Shown: positions 1-10,700 of the stretch, piece by piece
Numbering within the stretch: position 1 is the first letter of the stretch
Layout: each line of letters begins with the position of its first letter
Source of the DNA: Candidatus Moraniibacteriota bacterium
GTDB taxonomy: Bacteria > Patescibacteriota > Minisyncoccia > Moranbacterales > GCA-2747515
Assembly: GCA_046116545.1 (NCBI GenBank)
Contig: CP175956.1
Coordinates: forward strand, 1,089,734-1,153,733
DNA length: 64,000 nt
Direction: 5' to 3'
The notes under the pieces: model-generated
What the model was told of the DNA's origin: nothing
Seen by the model: the letters and a program-made list of their open reading frames with translations, nothing else
Databases searched by the model: none
Position numbers and translations under genes: made by a program

Positions 1-31
1 ATCAATTTCTGCATGATATTATATATTAATT

Positions 32-523
32 TTAAATAAGATTAGTGGCCCCAATAGTTACAAGTGTGACAATTATTCCTGAAATAACTGATCCTAATGC
101 AAGTAATGGAAACGCTTGTCTAAATGGTATTTGAAAAATAGACGCCGCAACTGCTCCAGTAAAAATGCCCGTCAGCGGTAGTGGAATTGCAACAAAAGTT
201 ACAAGTATTACAGCTCCCCACTTTTCAAATTTTTCCTTATTATTTTTATGGATTCTATTTATGTATTTTTGCCACAAATTATCCAATGTCTTTGATTTTG
301 CTAAAATTAAATGTAAAATATTTTCCACAAAAAAAAGCACTAATGCACCAGCAATAATATTTCCAAGTATTGAATATCCCATTGCAATAATTGGACTCAT
401 TTCAAACTGAGTAATTGCTATTGGTATTGAAGCTCTTAATTCAGTAATTGGAACCATTGCTATAAGAACAGTTGCTACACTGTCAGGAAACTCTGAAAAT
501 AATTCCACTATATGTTCTTTCAT
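32..523 (-). CDS. Small multi-drug export family membrane protein (COG2426-like)
   Basis: 163 aa hydrophobic ORF with family motifs 'MVPITELRASIP' and 'FVAIPLPLTG'. Confidence 0.8.
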   Translation of the reverse strand: MKEHIVELFSEFPDSVATVLIAMVPITELRASIPIAITQFEMSPIIAMGYSILGNIIAGALVLFFVENILHLILAKSKTLDNLWQKYINRIHKNNKEKFEKWGAVILVTFVAIPLPLTGIFTGAVAASIFQIPFRQAFPLLALGSVISGIIVTLVTIGATNLI

Positions 524-549
524 AATATATTATACGGTTAATTCAGTAA

Positions 550-1578
550 CTATGCTATTGACTCCCTCAATGATTTAGCTGCTTTTTCTGGTGAAATTGG
601 AACTATTTCAATATCTGTTGCAAATTCAAATCCAGCGTAAACATGTGTTCTAGGAAACACGTCAATATGATAACTATATTCATCATATGCTTGTCCATCA
701 CATGGAGCTGTTCTTAGGTAATAATTGAAGTCAGGATTATCTAATGTATTATATAATGCCTTCAATGATTTTGATAGTGCATCAGCCAAAAACATCTCTC
801 CATCTGGTGAGATTCTCTCAAAATACGGTTGTGGCTCTCTTGGCAAAATCCTCATTTGATAAGCTCGTGAAGATGCAAAAGGACAATATACTATAAACTT
901 ATCATTTGTATACACAATCCTACTACCATTTTCAAGTTCAAATTCTGCTATCACCTCCCACAAATGATTCTTTGTTTTTTGTGCATATTCTCTACAAACA
1001 TCTATTTCTCTAATAACAGCTGGTGTATTAACTGGCAGTGTTATTATTTGTGAATGTGGATGAACAACTGATGCCCCAGCCTTTTCTCCATGATTATGAA
1101 AAATAGAAATACTATTCACATTTTCATCACTCATTAATTCTATATATCTCTCTCTATATGCGTCAATAACTTCAGCTAGTTCACTTTGCTCAAGTAAAGC
1201 AAATGTCTTCTTACCATCTCTAGTAATGACCAGTTCATGACTCCCTACAGCAGATACTGCTTGATATGGACCTTCTGATAAATCTTTCTTATTTGCATTC
1301 TTTTCTACTGCTGGGAATTTATTTGGAAAAACCCTAGTTGTCCAATCATCATTTTCATTTTTATATAAAAGCACATCTTCTTCTTGACCTGATTCTTCCG
1401 GATCTGCAAATACATCTGTTTTTTCATCATATTCAACACCTTCTTTTTTTTCTATAAAATCGTCAGGTCTTTTACCACGTTTATCTGCAATAATAACCCA
1501 CTCATCACGTAAAATATCATGACGCAATTCTGCTTCATTTGTTAATTCTTCTTTTTTCTCAATAGCTATATTGATCAT
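550..1578 (-). CDS. galT: Galactose-1-phosphate uridylyltransferase family (GalT/HIT-fold nucleotidyltransferase)
   Basis: 'ELRHD..EWVIIA..R.KRP', 'RVFPNKFP', catalytic 'GASVVHPHSQ', C-terminal 'AGFEF..PEKAA' motifs. Confidence 0.8.
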   Translation of the reverse strand: MINIAIEKKEELTNEAELRHDILRDEWVIIADKRGKRPDDFIEKKEGVEYDEKTDVFADPEESGQEEDVLLYKNENDDWTTRVFPNKFPAVEKNANKKDLSEGPYQAVSAVGSHELVITRDGKKTFALLEQSELAEVIDAYRERYIELMSDENVNSISIFHNHGEKAGASVVHPHSQIITLPVNTPAVIREIDVCREYAQKTKNHLWEVIAEFELENGSRIVYTNDKFIVYCPFASSRAYQMRILPREPQPYFERISPDGEMFLADALSKSLKALYNTLDNPDFNYYLRTAPCDGQAYDEYSYHIDVFPRTHVYAGFEFATDIEIVPISPEKAAKSLRESIA

Positions 1579-1614
1579 GATTTTATTTTTATATTTTGAA
1601 TTACTTTTTCTTTT

Positions 1615-2358
1615 TTATTTTAAATTATATTTACCTCCCCATAAACGCATCCTCGTTTTGAATAAATCAATTAATACTTGTGTAAACCCATTTGGACCAG
1701 TTAACCCCACAGTTGAACCCTCCTCATTTAACCATCTTACTGGCATTTGTTTTATATTAAATCCCAACTTCTTTGCTAAAATAATTAATTCAAAGTCAAA
1801 TCCAAATCTATCCACAACCATTCTAGAAGCCACAGCATCTGCTGCTTCAGCTGTCAGTGCTTTAAATCCACATTGAGTATCCGGATATTTCCAAAGTCCT
1901 AAAACTATTCTAATAAGCCAATTTCCCATGTCACCCATTACCTCTCTATGTCTTGGTTGATGTATCTGTATGTAAGAACCCTCTATATCGCGAGAACCTA
2001 CTACCACCTGCACGCCACTATCAAATAACTCCATAGCTCTATTCATGTGTGTTATAGAAGTCGAACCATCCGCATCCAAAAATACCCGATACTCTCCCAC
2101 AGATTCCAACAAACCTTGCCTTACAACATATCCTTTTCCATGATTTTCATCATTATCTATGACTCTCAGATTATCAATTTGTTCTCCATATCCCCTAGCA
2201 ATCTCAGCAGTGTTATCAGGAGATCCATCTACAACAACCAAAATCTCATACGACAATTTATTTTGCTCTACGTATTTTTTTATTTCCAACAAATTACTAC
2301 CTATTCGCTCACTCTCTTTGTATGCCGGTATAATAATTGACAACTGAATTTTTTCCAT
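1615..2358 (-). CDS. GT2 glycosyltransferase, polyprenyl/dolichyl-phosphate glucosyltransferase-like
   Basis: 'SIIIPAYKE', 'VVDGS.D', 'NHGKG', 'FLDADGS', 'DTQCGFK', 'FDFE' motifs. Confidence 0.85.
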   Translation of the reverse strand: MEKIQLSIIIPAYKESERIGSNLLEIKKYVEQNKLSYEILVVVDGSPDNTAEIARGYGEQIDNLRVIDNDENHGKGYVVRQGLLESVGEYRVFLDADGSTSITHMNRAMELFDSGVQVVVGSRDIEGSYIQIHQPRHREVMGDMGNWLIRIVLGLWKYPDTQCGFKALTAEAADAVASRMVVDRFGFDFELIILAKKLGFNIKQMPVRWLNEEGSTVGLTGPNGFTQVLIDLFKTRMRLWGGKYNLK

Positions 2359-2493
2359 AATCCCAAAAGATATCGTATACTTACGATTTATTTATTTATA
2401 TTTAATATTATACTATACATTTTTTATTTTGTGTAATTCAATATATGTAACCCCTCACACATCTTCACATATTCCTTCAAAGTCATTACAATT

Positions 2494-2628
2494 GTCTTTG
2501 CGAGCAAGAAGGAATATCCATTACCACAAGCGAAGCAATCTCTGTGAATAATATAATACACAAAACTTCAAATAATACTTTAGATTGCTTCACATATCAC
2601 AAAAATTGTCTCAGCTGTTCGCAAAGAC
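2494..2628. repeat. REP-like nested palindromic element (GTCTTTGCGA..GAAGCAATCT / AGATTGCTTC..TCGCAAAGAC)
   Basis: Two perfect 10-bp inverted pairs, 2494-2503 with 2619-2628 and 2532-2541 with 2582-2591, in an intergenic gap. Confidence 0.75.
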
Positions 2629-2706
2629 GTTATTTTTTAATATTATTTAGAAGTATGAGAGGTTACCAATATATTATTATCAACATACACGTTACAAAAT
2701 CTATTG

Positions 2707-3093
2707 TTATTTTGCGTCCAAATACTGTTGCAAAATAATTCTAGCTGACTCAGCATCATCAATGCTATCTATTTTTTTCTTTCCTGCATTTTTCAAGTTT
2801 ACGTGAGCCTCCCGTGTAGAAAACATTTCTTCTTCAAATACAATTTTCACTTTACACTTTTTTTCACATTCATCCGCAAATTTTTCAATTTTTTTCACAT
2901 TATCATCTTGTGACATATGACTACTCTTACCAATAACAATTTTTGTGATTTCATATTCCTTCACAATATCAAAAAGTCCTCCAAAGATATCATCATCATT
3001 TTCTAAAGTATTTAAAGCTGATGCTATTGATATTTCTTCTTCTGCAATAGCTAGCCCAATTTTTCTTTCTCCCCAATCAATGCCTAGTAACAT
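2707..3093 (-). CDS. yqgF: YqgF/RuvX pre-16S rRNA nuclease
   Basis: 'LLGIDWGERKIGLA', 'EEMFST.EA', 'DD.ESARIILQQYLD' motifs. Confidence 0.9.
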   Translation of the reverse strand: MLLGIDWGERKIGLAIAEEEISIASALNTLENDDDIFGGLFDIVKEYEITKIVIGKSSHMSQDDNVKKIEKFADECEKKCKVKIVFEEEMFSTREAHVNLKNAGKKKIDSIDDAESARIILQQYLDAK

Positions 3094-3094
3094 A

Positions 3095-3871
3095 TTATAT
3101 TTGTGTTAAGATTTCATATCCATTATCAGTCACCAAAACAGTATTTTCCCAATGAGCTGATAAACTTCCATCAGCTGTTTCAAATGTCCAGCCATCTTCT
3201 GATATAATAGTTTCTTCCGTACCAATATTTACCATCGGCTCTAATGCTACTGTCATACCTTTCTTAAAAGTAAAATTATTTACTTTTTTATTAAAGTAAT
3301 TTGGTATTTGTGGTGCCTCATGAAGTTCTGTGCCTATACCATGCCCCACAAGATTTTTCACCATTTTGTACCCATTACTTTCTGCATGACCTTGTACAGC
3401 ACTTGCATAATCTTTTAACTTAGAACCATCTTTTATTGTTTTCAATCCTTTATAAAAAGCTTTCTTTGTTACTTCCACTAATTTAGTTGCCTCATCTGAT
3501 ACATCACCAACAAGAAATGATCGTGCCATATCTGCAAAATAACCTTTATACTTTAATCCTATGTCAATCTTAACCATATCCCCATTTTCAATCACTCTGT
3601 CAGATGGTATTCCATGTACAATTCCCTCATTAACAGAAAAACAAACAGTTCCCGGAAAAGGATTTCCATCTTCTGCTCCATAACCCTTAAAAGCCGGTTC
3701 ACACCCAGCATCAATAATCATTTTCTCAGCCAATTCATCAACTTCAAATCCAGTAACACCTGCAGCTACTTTTTTTTCAATCTCAACCATAACTCCAGCC
3801 AAAATATGACAACCTTCTCTCATTATTTCAATCTCTTCAGTTGTTTTTATAAAATTTTTATTCATATTCAT
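3095..3871 (-). CDS. map: Type I methionine aminopeptidase
   Basis: 'SVNEGIVHGIP', 'KIDIG', 'GHGIG..LHE.P', 'EPMVN', 'SAHWENTV' motifs. Confidence 0.95.
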   Translation of the reverse strand: MNMNKNFIKTTEEIEIMREGCHILAGVMVEIEKKVAAGVTGFEVDELAEKMIIDAGCEPAFKGYGAEDGNPFPGTVCFSVNEGIVHGIPSDRVIENGDMVKIDIGLKYKGYFADMARSFLVGDVSDEATKLVEVTKKAFYKGLKTIKDGSKLKDYASAVQGHAESNGYKMVKNLVGHGIGTELHEAPQIPNYFNKKVNNFTFKKGMTVALEPMVNIGTEETIISEDGWTFETADGSLSAHWENTVLVTDNGYEILTQI

Positions 3872-3916
3872 ATGATACGCTATTTATACTGATAGTCAAC
3901 GACAAAATCATATATG

Positions 3917-4645
3917 TTAAGTAAAATTTCCACCATACAAAACAGCAGATACACTTGTTGCTAAATTCAAACTAGACACACCTTTCTGCATTGGAATTGA
4001 AATTATTTCATCTGATCTATTTTTTAATTCTTCGCTTATACCATCCCTTTCAGTGCCAAATACTAAAATTGCATTTTGATCTATTTTGATTTTTTTCATA
4101 TTTTCACCATCAGCATCACAAGAATAAATCTTTCTACCTGTTACGATTTTATCAATTGACTCAACCTGCAAAACCGTAAGTGCAAATTGTAATCCTGCAC
4201 CAGCTCGAATTGCATGTAAATGCCATGGATTTACTTCACCACTCACACATACAGCTCCTGCTCCTGCTCCCGCAGCTACCCGCATCACAGCGCCTACATT
4301 ATCAATATCTCGTGGATTTTCCAAAAATACAATCACCTTGTTTTCTTCTACTCTTTTATCTTGCGGTTTTTTTACTAATGCCGTCAACTTAGTTCTAAGC
4401 GAATCAGATGTGATTTCATTAAATAGTTTTTCATCTACTACTTCAACTGCATTTTCTAAATTTTTCACATCATCCTCACTAGCTATCTTTTCCATCAAAT
4501 TTAAAACGAATTCTTTATCACAAGTAACAACATCTACAAACTCAGCTCCAAATCTAACAGCATGCTTAAAAGCATGCACGCCTTCAACTACAACAATATC
4601 TTCATTTCCTTTTTTTGCCTTTTGATACAATTCTCTACGATTCAT
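3917..4645 (-). CDS. TrmH/SpoU-family SPOUT RNA methyltransferase
   Basis: 'ENPRD..NVGAVMR', 'VFGTERDGIS', 'IPMQ..VSSLNLATS' motifs. Confidence 0.9.
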   Translation of the reverse strand: MNRRELYQKAKKGNEDIVVVEGVHAFKHAVRFGAEFVDVVTCDKEFVLNLMEKIASEDDVKNLENAVEVVDEKLFNEITSDSLRTKLTALVKKPQDKRVEENKVIVFLENPRDIDNVGAVMRVAAGAGAGAVCVSGEVNPWHLHAIRAGAGLQFALTVLQVESIDKIVTGRKIYSCDADGENMKKIKIDQNAILVFGTERDGISEELKNRSDEIISIPMQKGVSSLNLATSVSAVLYGGNFT

Positions 4646-4671
4646 AACAAATCCTTTATTTAAAAATTAAC

Positions 4672-4706
4672 AAAACTACCGTACTTTTAAAGGTACGGTA
4701 GTTTTG
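4672..4706. terminator. Intrinsic terminator downstream of the 3250-aa gene
   Basis: CAAAACTACCGTAC-loop-GTACGGTAGTTTTG inverted repeat about 30 nt past the stop. Confidence 0.75.
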
Positions 4707-4734
4707 AAAGTACTATTTCATCTTTAATATACAC

Positions 4735-7700
4735 CTATTGAACACCCTTTACAATAAACCAATCAAATTTTATCATATTTTCAATTATATTTTTTGCCTT
4801 AACTGTAAATCCAATTCCATCTTGAACTTCTGACACAATTACTGATTGCTCATCATTACCATATGGTGTTAAGAATATATAGCTATCGCCTGTCACAACT
4901 TCAGTTTCCACAAATACTGTTTGCCCATCTGATTCACTATTTTCAACTTCCACACAACCATCCTCATTCACATCAAAGTTTGTACCAGTTGGACATATAA
5001 CAGATTTTCCTACAATTGCATTATCACCATAATTCTCCAAAGCAAGTTCCTCCACTTCTATAAAGCTAGTCTCTACAACATCTGCAATAATAATCTTAAC
5101 ATTCAATACTCCATCCAATGTCAGACTACCTAACTCATCTGTAAACACTAATTTTTCAGCATCGATTGCAAGTAATTCTTCTATTTTAATCAAATCGGTT
5201 GCTCCAAGTAAATCTAACACCCCCAAACCTTCCTCAGCTGCCTGAATTCTTAAATCTATTTCAGATATCAAATTTGCATTAATATTTGATTTTACTCGTG
5301 TTTCCAAAATGCTTTCACCATTAACTACTATGTCCCCTTGAACTTGATTTAACATTTCAGATGTATTTGATAATTGTTCATCTATTGACAACTGTAAATC
5401 TTCTAATGTTTGGATATTTGTATTTGTTTGTAATATTGTGTTATTTATTTGAGTATCAATTTCACTTATTTTTTCTGGTGTTGGTAAATTTGATATATCT
5501 ATCAGATTTAGATTTGGTATTTCTAATCCTGTTGTTTTATCTGTAATATATATTAGTTGTTGTCCTGTTAGTTTTTCTATCAATCTTACTGTTTTTGTCA
5601 TATCTACATTTATTGATTTGTTGTCTTTTTCAGAGTAATAGCTCCATGCTAGTTCTTCACTTTGTCCTCCTGGTATATTTGAGAAATTATGTGGAGATAG
5701 AGTTGTTGTATTTCCTGCTTCATCTCTTACTCTTAGTTCATGGGAACCACTTTGATCTACTGCAAATAGTTGTATTCCGTCTGTTATTGATGTTGTTGGG
5801 GCTATTGAGTTTGAGATTGTTAGGATATTGTCTGCATTTGTTCCGTAGTTGTTACTTCCTATTCCTACGTTTCCTGATGTGTAGGCTATGTTATTTCCTG
5901 TTTGGGTCCATGGGGAGTTTGTTGAGCCTCCACTTGTTGAGCCTCGATCTAGTTTTACAGCGTGTACGAGTAAATTAAAGCTTCCACCATTTGTTTTAAA
6001 ATAATAATTACTTTTATATGGAATCACAGTACTATGATCTGCAGCACCACCCCATGCGAATTCTTGAGTATCTGCATCAGCAGCACCACCTCTGGCAACA
6101 TGAGACATCACATTTATGCCATCTGCAGAGCACATTAATGTCCATCCATTTGCTGTTCCTGCTTCATTACCTCCAAACATGATTTCTTTCACTCCCAGAG
6201 TTGGCACAAATGCAGAATAGTCTCTCTGTATCCATGAAGTTGACACTGTTGTTGGTATTGTCATTTCACTTGCTTTTTCCCACATCATTAAGTCTCCACT
6301 CATTTGGAACTGTTTTATGTTTGCACTCCCATTAGTAAGAACATACCCAAGCCATCTATATGAAGTGAATCCACTAGGTATATTTGATGCATTTATATCT
6401 GTATCAAATCCTATATCTGTTGTTCCATCATCTTTTTCTATTAGGAATACATGATACATTGTATCGTTTGCAATTGTTCCTGTGAATAATCCTCCTTGAT
6501 CATCTCCTTCTGTGAAAGATGCATCTAATTGTTTTGTAAGTCCTGTTGTTAATTCTAAATCTTTTGAATCTGTTTCATCTTTTGCATATCCACTTGATAC
6601 ATATATATCATGGTCTGTATCTCCTGAATCATTTGATAAATTGAATCCGTATAAGAAGCCTGGGGTATAGGATGATGAGCTACTTCCTGATGATTCTTCT
6701 ATTTTCCAGATTTTTAGGTCTGTGTAGACTTCGTAAGGTGATTGATTAACTGCACGTCCAAGACCAACTGTAGCAGTAGCTGATTCTGCATATTGTCTTA
6801 CATCAAAAGTTTTTGTATCTAATATTGTAAATTTTCCACTTAAACTAGCTATAGAACCACCTGAACCATCATATGAATTAGATCCAATTAATGTATTTTC
6901 TGTATCAGTAATATTATAGAAATATAATCTTGCCCTATTTGTTCCTATGAGAGGTACTGTAATATTTACATTATATGTTCCTGCCGGCAATGTAATTTCT
7001 CCAGTAATACCATTAAGTGAAGCATCTGTGATTTCATTTGTTCCTATTATTGTATTAAGATCTCTTATTTGTATGCCTACACTTGATGTTCCTCCATCTG
7101 TACCTGTTGTTTTTTGATCTTGTACATGCATTAGTTTCCAATTTTGACCTCCTGCCACACTTGAACTTGATTGAATTTCATATGGTGCTGTTGGTGGTGT
7201 GAAATCACTTGTCCATCTTGCTATTCCTTTTGAAATTCTTACTTCATCTAGATAACCACCAAACGAATAGTTACCACCATCAGCTCCACCAATTTTAAGT
7301 GTTTGACTTCCATTAAAGAATCCACCTGTAAATATAAAGCTATCTGTTAAAACCCCATCTAAAAAAGTTTTCATTGTATCTCCGTCACGAGTAAAAGCAA
7401 TGTGATGCCATGTATCAATATTTATACCTGTTACAATTGCCCTTGCATTAGCTACATCATGACTGGAATTATTTGATGAAGAATAAAGTATAATATTTGC
7501 ACCATCTTGCATAATATTCCATGGAGAATACCCTCCATAATTATACTTTCCGACTAATACATGTAACCCTGTCGGTAAAGCATCAGCTCTCATCCAAAAA
7601 TCTATTGTGAATTCATTGTTGTAAACTTCAAAATCCTCACTATCTGGAATATTTAAATAATCTCCTGCTCCATCAAAGTACATAGAACTTCCACCAAACT

Positions 7701-10700
7701 TTGATGCATCTGTTTCATGATGAGCATCTCCATTTGCAGTTATTGTGTGTGTAGAAATTGAACTATCCATAAACTTAACTGAACCATCTGCATCATCTGA
7801 TTGAACAAGCAATTTTGTATTTAAATCTATATTCCCACCGCCTGATCCAGCACTAGCATCAGCACATTCCCAATCACTATTTGATTCATTATATGAAAGA
7901 GTTTGACCATCTGTACATGTTGGTAATGATGAAGATTCTGAGCTTCCTGCGTATTCGTATATGATAACTGCTCCACTTGCTCCAGCACCCGCTCCAGCAC
8001 CACCTAGAGATGCTCCACCAGATCCATATGCCTGTCCTTCAAGCTTTCCAGAAAAGGCAGTTCCGCCACCTCCAAAATATGATGAACCTCCATTAGTTGT
8101 GTGAATGCCATTTCCGCCAGACACATTAATATCACCGCCTGAACCAACACCACCTGAACCACCTTCATAATTAGCACTCACAGAACCTCCTTGTCCACCA
8201 GTTGCTGAACAATGTGTATCAAAAGATGTTGTTCCCCCAGTTGAACCTGCTGTCCCTGCACCACCCGTACTTCCTGCTGCTCCTGCTACTCCAACTGTAA
8301 CTGAAATTGTATTGAGACTTGATACATCAATTATTTTTTCACTATATCCTCCAGCTCCACCTGCTCCATAATGACTATCTCCACCTCCAGCTCCACCACC
8401 TCCACCAACAACCTGAACACGAATAGTTTCAATTCCTGCTGGTTTTGTCCATGTATGTGCTCCTACTGTATCAAATGTTTGAATTGATGCTATTCCGCCT
8501 CCGCCTGAGGTTACCGAATTTGAATCACTATTTGTTGATGTCCAACATCTATATGCTAAAATACTTGTGTCTGGACTACTTCCTGTATTAGAAATTGAAC
8601 CATTACCCGATTCTGCATATCTATTACTAGCATCATGATTACTATTCCATTCTGGATCATCCGTTTCATCTGTCAGTACATAATTTGCCATAGCTATATA
8701 CCACTCAGTTACTGAAGGTAGTCTCCCACCATAGGCATCAAAACAATCATTAGTTGCTGCTTCCCAATTATTCGTCCCACTTTCTATATTTTGCATACAC
8801 CCAAGTGTTTGACCCTGATTTTCTATCTTTGTAAATCCTGAAGGACATGTAGATGAGAAACCACCCGTACTAAAAGCACCCCATGCAGTTCCATTACAAA
8901 ACTCCATGACTTTTGTTGAGTCATTGTATCTCATTGCACCTTCTTTGTTTACATCACATGCATCTGTATCATTTGTTAGAGTTATTGATCCTGTTAAGTT
9001 TATTGGTGCTGAAAACTCTATTTCATTTGATATTGTATTATATGATATTACTGCTTCATCTCCATCTACTCCTATATGTAGAGATGATGGTCCTAGGTAT
9101 AAATCTCTGAATCTATTTGTTGAAGATCCTAGATCGTATGTATCATCTGTATCTGGTCCTATATGTCCTGCTACTTGTAGTGTGAAGTTATCTGGTGTTG
9201 TTGTTCCTATTCCTATATTTCCTGTGTCGTAGTATGCATTTGAACCACTTTGTGTCCAGATATTTGAGTATGAAGTACTACTAGTTCCACTACTAGCTGC
9301 CACACTTACTTCTACAGTTCCAGTAAATGATTCTGGTAATACATCGTACTCGGTAATATCATCACCTGTTGCTCCTACAATAAACATTTTTGTACCATCA
9401 TTATTAAATGCAATACCTTGTACTACAGTATCCTGTGCAAATACACTAAACTTAGAACTATACACAGCAGTAGATACATCAAATGCCGTAGACAACTTAT
9501 ATTCATTTACATCGTCACCAGTGCTTCCTAAAATAAACATTTTTGTTCCATTGGTATTGAAAGCAATGTCCTGTGGAGCAGTCTCTTGTGCTACAACAGA
9601 AAAATTAGAATCATATACTGTGGTAGATACATCAAATCCTGTAGAAAGATGGTATTCATTGACATCATCACCTGTTAATCCTGTAATAAACATTTTTGTA
9701 CCATCAGTGTTAAATGCAATTCCTGATGGCGAGTCTTCTTGAGCGGTTATATCAAATCTCGAATCATATACTGCAGTAGATATATCAAATGCAGTAGAAA
9801 GATTATATTCATTTATTTCATCTGCTGTATTCCCTATTATAAACATCTTTGTTCCATCAGTATTAAATGCTATACCTTGTGGTGAACCATCCTCTGAAAA
9901 ATCAAAAATAGAATCGTATACAGCTGTTGTTATATCAAATGCAGTAGAAAGATGGTATTCATTGATATCAATGCCTGTCAAGCCTACAACAAACATCTTT
10001 GTTCCGTCAGTGTTAAATGCCATAGTTTGTGGTGAAGTGTCTTGCGCTGCAACACTAAAGCTAGCTGAATAATCAACAGGACCAAATTCAAAGCCTCTTG
10101 GAAGATGGTATTCATTGACATCATCACCTGTATTTCCTGTAACAAACATTTTTGTACCATCAGTGTTAAATGCGATACCTTGTGGTGTAGCTTCCTGTGC
10201 ACTAACACTAAATCTGAAAACAAAATTTGCTGTGGAAATATCAAAACCAGTTGAAAGTTCATATTCACCCATATCAATACCAGTCTGACCCATTATGAAC
10301 ATTTTTGTTCCATCAGGATTAAATGCTATACCTGTTGGCGTAGCTTCTTCTGTAGCTACAGAAAACCTAGAATCATATACAGCAGTAGATACATCAAATC
10401 CTGTAGAAAGATGGTATTCATTGACATCATCACCTGTATTTCCTACGATAAACATTTTAGTTCCATCGGTATTGAAATCCATGCTTTGTGGTGCAGTATC
10501 CTGTGCTGCTACAGAAAAATTAGAATCGTATACTGCAGTAGATACGTCAAATCCTGTAGACAAATTATATTCATTAACATCATCACCCGTAGTTCCCACA
10601 ATAAACATCTTTGTTCCATCATTATTGAAAGTAACGTCATTTGGTGCAGTTTCTTGTGCTGCGACAGAGAAAACAGAATCGTATACTGCTGTAGCAGAAT

